This document shows, in pieces, positions 13,490 to 33,456 of a stretch of DNA of 64,000 bases (the first letter of the stretch is position 1; each line of letters starts with the position of its first letter). The notes beneath the pieces are model-generated. The model searched no databases and was not told the DNA's origin. It saw only the letters and a list, made by a program, of their open reading frames with translations. The translations under genes were made by a program, and so were the position numbers. The stretch lies in the NCBI RefSeq assembly GCF_009914755.1, contig NC_060933.1, one strand, 5' to 3'. Source of the DNA: the human T2T-CHM13v2.0 reference genome, Homo sapiens.

Positions 13490-13683
13490 CAGGGGCTGGC
13501 AAGTTTGTTTTGCTTTGCACGCCATATGGTCTCTTACAACTACTAAACTCTGTACTTAAGAGTGAAGGCAGCCATAGACATTACATATGTGAATGGGTGT
13601 GATTCTGTCCCAATAAAACTTTATTTACAAAAACAGGCAGTGGGGGGCTGAATTGCCCAAGGGCCATCGTTTGCTAACTCCTG
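13490..13683 (+). mobile_element. MER58A-like hAT element
   Basis: CAGGGGCTGGCAAG...CAATAAAACTTTATTTACAAAAACAGG...TTTGCTAACTCCTG. Confidence 0.7.
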
Positions 13684-14203
13684 ACCCACATGATCCATGA
13701 TAATGTGTACAAAAATCAGCGGAGGCAGGAGGAACAGATATTATACTTTATCGATTATTTACCAAAGACCACATGTTTAGGTACTGATGAAACAAGTTTG
13801 TCTCAAATCCAGGCCTCTGGACTCTAAGGTTAGTACTCTTATGATTTACCACACTGCCTGTCTGGTAACAAACTTTACAGGTAACCTTATGTGAGTGTGT
13901 GATCCAAGTCAGCATAGTAGCCAAGCCAATGGGACACTGAAGAGGCTGGTTTGGCTATGTAGAATTCCCAGGCAACACTTTCCAATCCACTTTTTGCTAC
14001 AGAGTGAAAGTATAACCTTTCTGCTCCTCACATTCCTCACAACCTTTCCAAGCCTCTTAATGTATTTGGCCAGAGACTGTGCCAAACAGCACACTCTATA
14101 TGGTATGCCCTGATAAATTTGGAAAATACCAAGCTGTAATGCCAGTCTAGATTGGTTAAATCACACTGCCACAGCAAATGGAAGTTTTATGTGGTCACTG
14201 TAC

Positions 14204-14304
14204 CTCAGCAGTTTCAAGTCCATTAATTGTCATACAGACGTCAAGGTCACTCTGTTTGAACCCAAATCCATTTTTGGAGGAGCCAAACAGGCTCAATTTA
14301 GTTC
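14204..14304 (-). CDS. TUT7: TUT7 exon 16 (101 nt; GTKLSLFGSSKNGFGFKQSDLDVCMTINGLETAE; catalytic DxD at codons 1058/1060)
   Basis: aacag|GAACT acceptor and GAG|gtaca donor; Pol-beta-superfamily hGS(x)nDxD motif. Confidence 0.96.
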
Positions 14305-14829
14305 CTGTTAGGGATATATGAAAAGTAATAACTAATTACCTGAGTACATTTAATTTTTGATCAAAATGGCCCTCTCATGAATCAAAAACACCCAGTTGTT
14401 TAATTATCCTATATTAATCTCATACTTATGTTCTCTGATTAACTGGTCATTTATGCTAAAGTCTTTTTCTCTCAAAGCTTCCTTTACATACAAGCTGTAT
14501 ATGGCAAGAAAGATTACCAGGTGCTCCTTTATTCTTAAATGCAAAGACATTTCAAGGAAAATGTTAGATCACCTCAACACATTTAATAATGTAAGCTTAA
14601 CTTTGACTCTAAACATAGTATTAAATGAAATTCACTTATGGCACTTGCTAGAATAAACCCTACACTGTTTCTGTTGGTAAATGAGGATTTGGCAGACCAA
14701 GGACCATCCTGGGTATATTGCAAAACAATGGAAATCCTGATTCTCAAAATCAGTGTGCTTGTAACACATGAACTGATTTGGAAAAAAGGTTACACTACTT
14801 TTCTTAAAAATAAAAAATAAATCATTTAC

Positions 14830-14916
14830 CTGGAAAGTCCTGTCTTATGAAACTTTCTAGGTTTTGCCGAATATGTTCACGAGCCTGATCTTCTATAATT
14901 GTTGGAGAAAAATCCT
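14830..14916 (-). CDS. TUT7: TUT7 exon 15 (87 nt; KDFSPTIIEDQAREHIRQNLESFIRQDFP)
   Basis: acag|AGGAT acceptor and CCAG|gtaaat donor. Confidence 0.93.
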
Positions 14917-15079
14917 CTGTTTAAAAATAAATAGACATATTGACAAAATAAGCCGGTTGACACTCTTAGAAAAAGCTGAAAAAAATTTATTTTTTAGAAA
15001 ATAAAACTTACAAGCTTAAATTTAAAAATTCCTAAATCATTGTGTCTTCTCAGTAGATAGCATTAACAAGGTAAAGTTT

Positions 15080-15262
<183 letters not shown>

Positions 15263-16270
15263 TAAAATTTAAGATGTCCTTTTTTAAAGAATCTAAGAAG
15301 TGCTCTTGAAACGGAAAGTAATTTAAACATGGGATCTCCACCTGGGTTTCCTGAAAGACACCAGGGTTACAGAAAGGGCCTTCAGAAATCACCACCCCGC
15401 TAAAGTGTGAATTTAAAAGTTTGTGAGCATTTGCATGTATTTTTTTCCCTAAGGAGAACCTAGTTTTTTTAATAGCTCATAATATAAAAAAAAAAAATTT
15501 CCCAAAAAAAAAAAAAAAAGGACTTGTTAAGAACACGTGTCTTCTGACACGGATGAACACCTTATGATGAAGCCATGTGAAACAAGTTCCTTCATTTTAA
15601 GCAGCTGAACATCTATCCTTTAAATATTTTCTTTTGTAAAACTTTAAGGCTCTCTACACCAATGCTTCCCCAAATTTGTGTTCCTTAAAGGGCTGTTAAG
15701 TAGGCTATTAATTAGCGTTACTCAAAAATTATTCTATGTTCAAATTTTAGAAATAATATTTCTCAGATACCTTCAATATGCTAATATGTCCTGGAAATAA
15801 CCCAGGAATTCTAAGAGAGAAGGGAGTGTGTAGTGTTATTCCCTCGCTGGCCTAGGTATACTTCTGGTGATGAAATATTATTAACTGCCATCTAGAAAAA
15901 CATTTCAAAGAATGCCAGCTGGGAAATGCTACTACTCTAATTTTAAGACTTAATAAAAGATCCTCAGCAAGGCAACTTTCGGCCCCTCACAGAGACAGTA
16001 CTTTGAAATTCATATTGAGATTTTACCCTCTCTTCCAACGATTTTGGGAAAATTATGAACTGAGACTCTTCAGAAAATATCTTTCTTCTGGAAAAAAATG
16101 TCCCTCCCTTACCCTCATCCTTACTTTGTATCCTGGCTTATAACAGGCCATGCATTTTTGTAGCAAACTTTTCAAAAACAATTATATAACCTGGTCCCTT
16201 CTTTCTGGGGCCTGGATCTGCTTACACAGCAGGAAGAATAACACCACCAACCTTTACATAGCCCAGCTAG

Positions 16271-16992
<722 letters not shown>

Positions 16993-17097
16993 AGGAAACC
17001 TGCTATGATTGCTATGTATCTTGATGCAACAACTATGCTGTTAATAAAAGGAAGTACAGAAGGCACTTGATATTAAAAGAAAAATAAAAGATCCTCC

Positions 17098-17352
17098 ATT
17101 TGCCTGAGCCCAGGAGTTCAAGACTAGCTTGGGTAACACAGGGAAACTGTGTCTCTACAAATAATGAAAAATTTAGTCAGGCATAGTGGCATGCATCTGT
17201 GCTCCCAGCTACTTGGGAGGCTGAGGTGAGAGGATTGCTTTAGTCTGGGAGGTCGAGGCTGCAGTGACTCATGATTGCTCTGCTACACTCCAGTCTGGGT
17301 GACAGAATGAGATCCTGTCTCAAAATTTAAAAAAAAATTTTTTTTTAAATAA
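17098..17352 (+). mobile_element. 5'-truncated Alu (AluJ-like)
   Basis: TSD AAAAGATCCTCC at 17086-17097 and 17353-17364. Confidence 0.85.
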
Positions 17353-17570
17353 AAAAGATCCTCCCTGCATCTCTCCTCATCCTTCTTTGACATTTATTGC
17401 ATGTCCCAAACAGAACAGACATGACATGGAACGCTTGAGGATACAATGGAGAATGGAATAGACTTGGTCCCTAATAATGTTTAGAGACCTAAATAGGATA
17501 GTGATTCTAAAGACTCGAGTAAATGTCAATTTAATATTTTGACAAATCAAAAGAAATGTGAATAACTTAC

Positions 17571-17721
17571 TATAACACTGGATACAGACTTGATCTAAGA
17601 TATTTAAAAACTTGGGTGTTAATGGTGGCAGAGGTTCTAGCTGGATTCTTTTGAAGTCTTCAGGACAGTCCTTCTTTAGATGACCCTCTCGTTTGCATAA
17701 GCTGCACACTACCGTAGGAGA
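17571..17721 (-). CDS. TUT7: TUT7 exon 14 (151 nt; CCHC zinc knuckle CSLCKREGHLKKDC)
   Basis: tgcag|TCT acceptor and TATA|gtaagt donor; lies within ORF 17377..17748. Confidence 0.95.
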
Positions 17722-18118
17722 CTGCAGGAATATGGCAAAGCAAAACAAGACTTAACACTTTATTTGCCAAATAAAGGAGTCTGGAATCATGTTTTAAAAG
17801 TACACAGTCACCTATTCACTTTCCAAAGGAAATGAAAATATAACATGCATCCACTCAAATGATCTGAGAGATGGGGACATCCTATAGTATCATTAGGAGA
17901 ACATAGTGGCTATTTTCACTACTAATAGCATTCCCTTCCTCTGCTAATTCCCATGAGTCTTAAGGAGAAAAGCAGACCGAGCAGTCATATCAGAATGAAA
18001 GGCCAACTTGTTCAACACTACCAAAATAGGAAAATTCCTAGTATATAAAAATTGAAATTAAATGCATTCAAAGTCCTTAAAGTCTCCTAGTTCTATGACT
18101 AGTGGTGGTACTGATTAC

Positions 18119-19206
18119 CTTGCCTTTGGTGAAGATAAGTTTACTGAATTCATAAAAAAAATCAGACTGATCCACAGGTGAATTTTTTTCTTCACATACA
18201 TTTTCTTCCTTGAGACTTATTTTATTAAGTTCCACTAGGAGAGCTCTTTCTACATGTTTTCCACATTCTTTCACGTCTTCATACTTAGCAGCTTCGCCTA
18301 ACTCATCATCCTCTTCAGATAGGGCGTCCTCATCCCCTGACCCAGTGTAGGTGTTGTCTAACTCATCTTCATTAGCCATGCCATCTTCATCTTCCCTTTG
18401 GTTAATGGTGAGCCTAGGTTCTTCTTCCTCCTCCTCTTCTTCGTCGTCCTCCTCCTCTTCATCAGAGGGAATCATTTCTGATGTCTGGCCCTGTACTGAG
18501 TGGGTAAAGTGGTTTAGAGAGTCTTCTAGTTCCTCAGTACCTTCTGTACTTTCTCCATCAAGATCAGCCTTGTTATCTAAAGTGGCAAGTCCCTCACACT
18601 CTTTAGCTGTGGGATTTTGGAAGCCTTCTAAATCCAAAGTGCTCTCTGACTCATTATTACGTGTGCTGCCACAGACAACATGCTCTCCACGTTTCTGATC
18701 AACAGTCAACAGATGCTTGCCCTTCCTTCCAACTTTCTCTTTCTCGTTTTTCCTTCCTGTTTCTGGATGGTATACTTTATCACCCTTGTAATCATCAGAG
18801 TTAACATCTGCTTGGATACAGTCTGAGTTTTCAGGGTGGACACTGATGTGTTCATTTCCCATTTCTTCTTTTGGTGGGCTTCCAAAACTTTCAGCAGTCT
18901 CTTTAAGAGTAAGTGGCTGTACCTTACAGGTATTTGCAGCTGAACTGGTAGCACCAGGACCTTGGGCCAAAACTGAGTTTTTGAGCTTATCATCTTTTGT
19001 TTGTACATCTGGATGATGATTTATTACTTCTTTAGAATGTTCTGAAATACATGTAATTGCATTCAGAGGCTTTAGAAGGCTGGATTTTGTAATTTTGTGT
19101 GGAAGAGCAAAATACTTGTATGTTGTCCTTAAACAATGAAGTATATATTCAAACACAGGTTGACTATTTAGGGTTCTTGCCACATTTCTTTTAACAGAGT
19201 AGGGAT
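18119..19206 (-). CDS. TUT7: TUT7 exon 13 (1088 nt; DPYSVKRNVARTLN... acidic low-complexity linker ...FTKGK)
   Basis: acag|ATCCC acceptor and AAG|gtaat donor; lies within ORF 18077..19240. Confidence 0.96.
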
Positions 19207-20579
19207 CTGTAATAAAAAAAAGAAAGAAAGAAAAATCCATCTCTTCATATGTTACTATATTTCATGTTTTAAAAATTAGCCTGCTGCAGATAAAAACAGA
19301 CAACAAACAATGGTAAAATTTATCTTGCATTTTATAGACTTAAAAAAAAACTGGGGGTGGGGAGTAAGAAAACAGAGTTTAAGAACAAAAAGCAGTATTT
19401 TCTGAAACATCGGCTCTATGAAGGGAACCCATTCTGTTCAGAACCAGTACCCCTTCTCCCTATTGTGCTCTGTGACTGTGGAGGTAGAAAAGATGTTATC
19501 AGCGTGGCTCTCAGGCCCTTGGGAAGGAAGATCTTCCCACCAGGCTCTGCTGCTGCTGAGTGCTCTGCCTCCCCACTCAGCCAGGCCCTGTGGTTTATCG
19601 AGCTTACCTCCACTCTTCTGCCCTGGGAAGCCCCATCACTGAATTGGCTGGACTGAATTTCAGGGGCGAGAGGGAGGCACCAGGAGGAGACACCACTTCT
19701 CTCAATCTTTTCTCCTCCCCTAGAACTCCAGCAGGTTAGGCAATTGGCCAGAAGAGCTGAGCCACAGAAACTGCAGGGGAGGGTTTAAAAATGTGAGATC
19801 CCCATGACTGCACACAGAATTTATGCAAAATGCAAAAAACCCTCTTATGCAACATAAAGCTTGAAAAAAAAATCAAGCAAAAATAAGAGAATTCCATTTA
19901 GGAGGTTCTTTAAATTATTTAAAGGAGGAGAATTAAGATTTCTAGAGGGGTTTCAACCTCCTGACTTTGCAAAGCTGAGAAGAGCTAGTCCATTTAATGA
20001 TGTCTACAGGGCACATCAGTGTGTCTTTGATAAAGTGATTTCAGTTAAATGAGGCTTCACTAAAAATGTGTTTTTATGAATAAGTTCTAAATGCTACTGT
20101 AGATATGTCAAAAATAACTACTCATTCTCTCTACTGGAGAGGAATCCAATGGAGAATGACATTTTTGACGAGAAAAAGTATTGTCCTCACCTTTGCAAAA
20201 CTAAACAACTTCAACAATCCACAAAAGGACTGAATTAAAAAATCCAGAGGTGAGAATGGTAAAGAGGAAAGGGGGATTTACACATCACTGTGAAAAACAT
20301 ACTTTAGGCATTTAAGTGGTTAAGCAATCTACAAAGAAAGCAAGGACTCAGCCAGCCATTATTCAAGTTGTTTATACTTTAAAAACCCAGGGTGAACAGT
20401 TTGATTCCTTGAAATGACCCACTGTTAACACATGCAAGATTCTAACTATTTATTTCCCTTTGAGGGCAGGCCTACCTTACTTGTAGGAGCTGAAAAGAGA
20501 CTGAAATAAAAAGCATGCTGTTAGACTGGTACCTTTAAAAAAAAGAGTGGGGGGGAATAAGATAAACATTTTGAGATAC

Positions 20580-20760
20580 CTTCAATGGCAATGCGCTTTT
20601 TGGGCCAATCCTTCAATTCCCGAGATACCAATTCTTTGACACGAATACTTATCACTAAATCAGCCAAATTAAATTCTAAAGCATAGAACCGCAGCAATTC
20701 CACCCAGAGCTGCCCAACTGGTACTGAAGGCTGGTGTTTCACATCCAATATTAATGACAC
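20580..20760 (-). CDS. TUT7: TUT7 exon 12 (181 nt; VSLILDVKHQPSVPVGQLWVELLRFY...IAIE)
   Basis: aatag|GTG acceptor and GAAG|gtatc donor. Confidence 0.95.
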
Positions 20761-21449
20761 CTATTAATAGCAAAGAGAAACATACAGGTTATTTCAGATG
20801 TAAGTACAATCTGGAAAATTAAAGATCATTTAAGCATCAAATTAAAAAAATCTGGAAAACCTTAACAAAGATATAAGCCTGACAATCCATCTAGATAAAT
20901 CAATTCTAACTTCTATTTTGTTTGTGGTAAAACAGCATTACTTCACTGCACTATTAGGATTAGAGTATGCTATAATCCAGTCATTATCACAGGAATAGAC
21001 AGGATCAGTTTTATTTAACCAGACAGAGCTCCTAATTTTGAACTGTTAATAACAGGTGGAGAGGACTGTGCATGGGTTGCTAATATTCTCAGCACTGAAC
21101 TCTTCCTGTTACTGCTGCTGGAGGCACCTTTACAGTCACAGACACACAAAAATGGACAGTAGCTAAAGGCATAGAGAAAAAGGAAAAACACTCCTCTCAC
21201 TGCCCTGAGAAGCTACATAAGCACATTGACTCTGTCAGTGACAACTGATTTTAAAGTCAAATAACTCTTGCCATCAGAAATTGACACTGGTTTTACAGTT
21301 ACAGACTTCTGACAAGTTGGAACATAACTGCGATGTAATATATTAGAAAGTACATATTACTTAGGATAGGGGAAAATATGGGCCCAAATAGAGATTCTGC
21401 CACGTCATAGCTCTTAATTGCTCTGTGACTTAGCTTCTTCATTCTCAGA

Positions 21450-21690
21450 CTGGTAGCACAGCACAGTGGCTAAGAGAACAGGCTTTGGAATTGGGACAAG
21501 CTTAGATCTGAAATCCAAACTCTGCCATGTACTAGCTGTGTATGATCTGGGTCAAGGTCTATAATCTGTCTAAGTCTGGGTTTCCTCATCTGAAAAATGG
21601 GGATAACAGTACCCACCTCATAGGGTTGTTGGGAGGACTGAGTGAGATAGTGTCTGTAAAGTGCTTAGCACAGTGCCTGGCACACAGTGT
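21450..21690 (+). mobile_element. MIR
   Basis: MIR core TTTCCTCATCTGAAAAATGGGGATAA...AGTGCTTAGCACAGTGCCTGGCACA. Confidence 0.8.
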
Positions 21691-22589
21691 TCAAAAAATG
21701 GTCGCTATCATTATCTGCAGAGTAGGGATGATACCACCTATAACACAGGATAGTGATGAGGATTAAATCAGAAACAAGGGAAAGCATCTGGCAGACTTGG
21801 TTGCTCTCTGTATTTTTTCCACGTAGGTATAGCCTTTTTAAGTACAAGAAATCCATATATCACTGAAACACAATGTCACCACTGTAAGATGCTCTTAAGA
21901 GGTAATCTAGTTCAACTCCTGTATATTACAAGAGAAGGAACTGAAGCCCCACGAGTGCCCATGGCTTGTCAGAAGGTTGCACTGCCTGGCAGTGGCCGGA
22001 TGAGAACAATGTCTCAATGTCTCCTGATCTCAGTACAGTGCACACCATATGCAACCCCATAATGTCTGAAGCTCACTTTATTTCAGAAGTGGCAGCATGA
22101 TTAATCTTTCCAAATAACATAAAAATGTAAAAATAAAGCATTAAATGGATTTACAGCAATAGCTTTTCCTATAATTCACACTGAAAAAAGTAATTTCCTC
22201 TAAGGTGCACAAATTTGTTTTCAATCATACTTTATTATATTAAGCTTCAAAATCAGTGGTCTATTTTTCTCAATCACAAAGGTTCTGTCAAGTAATACAA
22301 AGTCATCTGGTGGCTTTACAAGGCAGAACTGATTAAAAATGGAAGTTGTCTAAGTCCCAAACACTACAGTTTGAGGACACAAATAAACCCCCCAGAAATT
22401 TTAAGCATTATTACATTTTACCTCTTTATCCATAGCGGCATTACAAAGGATTTTTAAGCATCTCACTGAAATGACTTGATAATACCATAACATGAAACTG
22501 GAGAGACCTTTGAAATATCTAGACTACAGGAACTTAAACTGGTTTTCTTTAAAGCAGAGAACATTTTCTTTTTCAAATAAAATAAGAAT

Positions 22590-22810
22590 AGCAGCTAACA
22601 TTTACTGAGTGCTCACCACATGCTCGGCACTGAGTTAAGCATTCTGTAAGTGACCCTATGAGAGGGTACCAATATTATCCCCATGAGTAGGGAGGAAACT
22701 GGTGCACAGAAAGGCGAAGTCACTTGCCCAAGGACACACAGCTGGGAAGTGGGAGAGCTGGGATACAAATTCACATATTCTGGCTCCACAGCCTATACTC
22801 TTCTCCACTA
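22590..22810 (-). mobile_element. MIR
   Basis: CATTTACTGAGTGCTCACC...GAGGAAACTGG...CACTTGCCCAAGG. Confidence 0.65.
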
Positions 22811-23585
22811 CAGAGACTCCAAATAAGAAACAGATAAAAGTGGTTCTGGTGGCAGCAGAGGTAGGGTGGTACCACCACTCTCCTCCTCCTCCCAGTGTTC
22901 AAGGATTCTAGAAAACACAACTGGAAAATCTGATTCACCACTAACTCCTCATTTTAGGCATGAGTAAAACATGAACTGGAGGAGTGACATGACTTGTTTG
23001 TATAAAGCTGGGATTCGATTCCAAGAATTTTGTGGATGTTACTGTCAATTTACCCCAAAAGGTAACGGGAAGATCAGGGGCCTTTCACCTATTTGGGAGA
23101 GAATCTTATTCTTATTACTAGGATAATGACATTGCAGAGATTTTTGTTTGAAATTCTAATGGCTATTCTTTCCTTGTGCATAAATTCCCCTGCCCACCCC
23201 CAACAGTATGGGACCGGTACATTAAATCATATATGCATTCACTGTTATTTTAGTAACTGAAAGCTAGTTAACCTTTCATACATTTAAACCTCATAATACC
23301 ACCTAAGACTAAGCTCTTTGAGGATAGATATGGATTTACCTTTGAATTCTGAGTCTCTTTCAAAGGAACCAGCACAAAGAAACTACATAAATAACTGTGG
23401 ATTTAGTGATCTAATATTTTTTTTAACCTTTTCTCATTACTTGTCTGTTCGAGGTACTAAACAGACTGGCAAATGAAAGAGCCACGAAATAGTAAAGATA
23501 GTTAAGGAAAGAAGACAAGACTGACTAATCCACAACTTCACAATTGGCAAGTGAAACTGACAACTAGAAACAAAAGAGAACAGAC

Positions 23586-23738
23586 CTGTCCCCTTTTAAT
23601 CGGCGTTTCTCTTGGTGCCTCTTCTTTTGTTATGCCTGTGTCCCCTGCAGCACTGTCAGTATGTTCCCAGATCACAACATCTTTTTCAATGTCTTGAAGG
23701 TTGAAATTCCCTAGTTTGCTTAATGAGAATCCTTCAAT
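23586..23738 (-). CDS. TUT7: TUT7 exon 11 (153 nt; IEGFSLSKLG...TPIKRGQ)
   Basis: ctag|ATT acceptor and CAG|gtctg donor. Confidence 0.92.
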
Positions 23739-23974
23739 CTAGGAAAAATTAGACACATGCTAAAATAAGATAGAAATAATCTTATATCAAACACAGTCTA
23801 CTAATCTTGGAATAAAAAAATACTCATAGTTCAACGAAAATACAAAAGATATAATTTATGGACTATCACAGAGACATCTATACATTTAAAAATATTTTTA
23901 AAAGTAAAAAACAAGGTTTTGATTTGCAAAAGAAATGGTGACTTTGTGAAATAATTCCTCAGTAAATATTCTAA

Positions 23975-24240
23975 GAGTAGGCAAAATGGCCTAGTGGCTG
24001 ACGTCATGGGTTCTGAAGTAAAACTGCCTGGTCCCAAATCTCAGCTCCTTCATATACTAGCTGTATAACCTTGAGTAAGGTACTTACTCTCTGTAGGCCT
24101 CAGGTTCCTTTAAAAAGGGGTAACACTAGGACTTCCTTCATGGGATGGTTATGATATAAAAAAAATGACCATAAGGCACTCAGATAGAGGTAGTATCTGC
24201 TTGTAGCATACAGCACATAGTAACTGCTTAATAAATACAA
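23975..24240 (+). mobile_element. MIR
   Basis: AAATCTCAGCTCC...TACTAGCTGTATAACCTTGAGTAAG...CCTCAG. Confidence 0.6.
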
Positions 24241-24480
24241 GACAACTATATTGCTAGAAAATGAAAATTACAAGAACTAGATCCAGCTAATTAGAAAATA
24301 ATTTTAAATACTATTAATTCTGGGTATGCTGGACATTTTCAAAGTAAATTTTATGTGCTATTAATGAATATTAATGCAAAAGAAAATGGTCTAGTTGAAA
24401 AGGCTTGTGAAATGTCAAACGGAGCTGAACAGGTTTCTTCATCGTATGATAGGATTTATCACAGCCTTTAAAACAGGTTA

Positions 24481-24849
<369 letters not shown>

Positions 24850-25159
24850 TCACATTTCCCAAATGTATTTTTATACCAAATGGGCTACTTCATTGGTTTA
24901 GAAGAGAGTGATCCTTCTAAAACAGAAGACACACTCTCCTGTTCATAGTGGTTTCTGTCTCACTCTAGATGAAGTGCAGTCCTTTCCAGGGCCTGAGTAA
25001 CCTGGCTCTTTTCTACTTCTCTGATCCTTCTATCTTCTTGGCTCAGAGATGACACCTGGTATTCCCTCTGCTTAAAATGCTCTTCCCCCTAACAAAGTGA
25101 GGGAGACTATGACTCATTCTCCCTCACTTTATTCAGCTCTGCTCAAATGTTTTCTCTAA

Positions 25160-25605
<446 letters not shown>

Positions 25606-25739
25606 CTGTTCACCACTTCTAACAGTAACACCCAGAATTAGTTGGTGCCTGGCCATGGTAACTGCTCAGTAAAGATTTGTTGACAGACTGAACTAGTCTT
25701 CCACAGAAAACACTTTGGAAAATATTAGGCGTAGTGACT

Positions 25740-30330
<4,591 letters not shown>

Positions 30331-32664
30331 TACTGAAGGAGAAAAGGACTATAACATTTGTTCTCCTTCCTTGTTTCAGGAATTTTACATTCATTATCTC
30401 ATTCAAGGTTCAGAATGACATTGAGGCTCAGAGATTAAATAACTTGCTCAAGGTCACAAGGATGTGAGTGGCAAAACAGAGATGAGTCCCAGTGCTGGTA
30501 AACTTGAAAATCACCCTTTTTTCTACTATATTACCTGGCATCTCTAAAGTATGAATATCTGCTAAGGACTAGGTTTTTATAATATAAAATTATTCTTCAT
30601 TCACAACTCACTATGATTAACTTCAATCATATCAAGATTTAATGACAATAAAATGGGAATTATGATTGGGAATAAAGGTTGGAGAGGGTTGGAGTCTCCA
30701 ACATGGAAGAGATCTGGGTAGGTCGGGACAGAATGACTAAAAGATTTGTGAAAAGACAGATCAGAGAACACAGGCACAATACACTAAACTTCCTGACAGG
30801 GAATTTGGTCTTGTCCATCTTTGTATTTCAGGCACTACTACAATGACTAGTATACACAGTGCTTTAAATATTTTGAAGGAATTAACAGTTAGATACTCTC
30901 ATGTACATAATTATGAGGACCTCATTGGATTTTCTGCAGAAATAATGTATGTAAAATATCTAGCATAAAGATACTTAGTAAGTATTAGTTCCATTCTCTT
31001 CACTTCCTAACTAGTTTAAAATGCTGAACACCGCAGGATCATTTTGGTTCGGGTGGTAGTGTGCCTTAATGGATCCAATGATTTCAATCCAGTGTTTGAT
31101 CACTGCATACCTGCTTTTGTCATTAAATTTTGAACAAACATGATCCAATCAAAATCAAATTCAGTATCACTTTAGAGAGTTTCCGGTATCACTAACAAGG
31201 AAATAATATGCTGGCCATAGGAAAGGGTATCCATACTACCCTGAAGTATCCTTAGGAGAATCTCATCACCAGAAGAGATTTTTCTTTTTCCTGCATTCTC
31301 ATGTTAATGACAGATGACTACTTAGAGAAGATCAAGACACATGAAAAAGCAGATCTCATTCAGTAAGATGGTAGTGAGCAAGGCAACTTATCCAACTTGT
31401 GCCAGGGTTTTTTTAGGTGCAGGAGTCCACCTGATTTAATCCTATCCTAAATTCCTATCTCTCTTAGATCAAGGTGAAAGGAAAACTTCAAAGACTTTCA
31501 CACATTCCTACTTGGGTGTGCTGGAAAGAGTTATTTATCAACTAAGGGTTGACTTTGTTCTCTTGCTCTTTTTTCTACCAGGACAGTAGTCTGGTAGAGA
31601 TACCCTCTCATGGCTCTGAATTCTCTCAGTACCACAGGCACGAAGAGAACTACCTTTAGGTTACTAGGATACACAGCATGCAATAATCCCTTATGCCAGG
31701 ATAGTTTTCTAAGTGAGTTATTCTACTTCAGTCTTTATTCCCACGGCCTGGTAGACAGAAGTCCCTGCTTAATCTCACCTTATTCAGTATAAGGAAAAAA
31801 TTCTCTTTAAATGTATTTTTTGATGTGTACTCATTGTTAAGAACTCCTTAAATGATGAGAGAAACTTGTGTGCATTAAGAAAAGTAGTTACAATAGCCAA
31901 TGTGTCAAAGTAAGCTTTTCACTAAGGGGTCTTTCTATAAAATGGGAGTTTTTCTACACATAAAAGTGTATCAAGGTAATACCAAGGGATTACAAACAAG
32001 GTTTCTAAGAGGATGAGCTAATATCATGTTGACTCTTTCAGATGGTCTCTTCTTAAATCTTACTTGAACAAATCAACTCAACATTAATTTATCCAGAAAG
32101 AAAGAGTGATCACATGAATTCTAATTCATCTTTAAAATAATGTCAAAATATTATTCAAGAGATGACTACTAGGTTCTGCATCTTGTGGTACAGGTAGCAA
32201 TTTCAATGTTTATATATTTTTTTGTTTTACAGGTTATGGGGAGAAATAGATTAGAAACAGAAAGTAAGTTACAGTGAACCAAATGCTTCCCACAGTCTGT
32301 CTGTCTGGAGGTGATATGTAAATTCAAGTATCAATTTAGAAAACTGTACCCAAAGAAAGAATGTACCAAATGGTAAATTTACAGGGTCAGTCTCTTGTTC
32401 GTCTCAGGACCATACATATTTCAAAAATTAAGAGATTTTGCAGTCTAGAAAGGTAATAATATCCCTAAGCAGGTTATAGGGCAACATACTGAAATCAAAC
32501 ACATTAGTATTTCAGCAGTGAAAGGTATGAATATTCACATGAGTAGAATAAATAAATCCATGTCAGTTCTGGTTAGGTGTCTAGATTTTGAAATTATGCA
32601 AAATTTAATTGTGGACCTGTAATAAAATCTGTTCAGATATATAAGCAAAAAAAATGTTTTATAC

Positions 32665-32784
32665 CCATGATCCTAGATATACAGGCAAAAGGGGTTCTTT
32701 CCTCTGCTGAAGAAAGAAAATGGCCATCAGGGCAAACACATAAGGTGGCAGACCTCCTTCTTCAGGGCGATCTATACTGCAAAG
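32665..32784 (-). CDS. TUT7: TUT7 exon 10 (120 nt; LCSIDRPEEGGLPPYVFALMAIFFLQQRKEPLLPVYLGSW)
   Basis: tgtag|CTT acceptor and TGG|gtata donor. Confidence 0.94.
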
Positions 32785-33456
32785 CTACAAACAAGAGAAA
32801 AGAAAGTTAAGCATTCTTTTTGTATGAATTTGTCATTTACACGATTTGGCCTAAAACCTGTAACCTCATTCTTGTTTACTACATGATTTACGGTAATTCT
32901 TCAGCTGAAAATAGCAGTTACAAAATATACAACTTCCTTATACTTTTGCAGCAACCACATATTGTGGTTTTAAGTGATAGTTTCAATTTTGAATATTTAA
33001 TCCTGTTAACCATACTCACTTGTGGATGGCCCTAAAATATTATTTCCTATTTTATTTTTTGATATCCATGGTCAATTCATTCATTTGTTTAGAATACATG
33101 TTAATGAATTAAAAACGATTGTTCAGTTACACATTAAGCCAGTTCAATGGTCCTCTTACCCTAACCCATAGCGTCTTGCATATGCATGCTTTGGTCACAA
33201 AGATTGGCGTGGGGAGAGAACGTGGACAAACTCATCACCACTAATGGAAATAACAACTAAAAGGGCATGTTCTACTTAGTGATGAAGCAGGCGGTGGTTT
33301 TCAAAGGATAGCATATTATAATTATAATTTAGCCAGTGAAGAGTGGGAAATCCGTTGTTCATTCAGGATCCAAGAAACGGGAAGTATCTATTGTTATTGA
33401 TATACCTGAATCAGTAAAGCTTTTGATTTTCTCTAAAAGCACATACATGGAATCTC

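Noticed and set aside
18351-19008. Poly-Ser antisense ORF and alternative-frame ORF within exon 13
   Set aside because: Shadow frames of the Glu/Asp-rich TUT7 exon.
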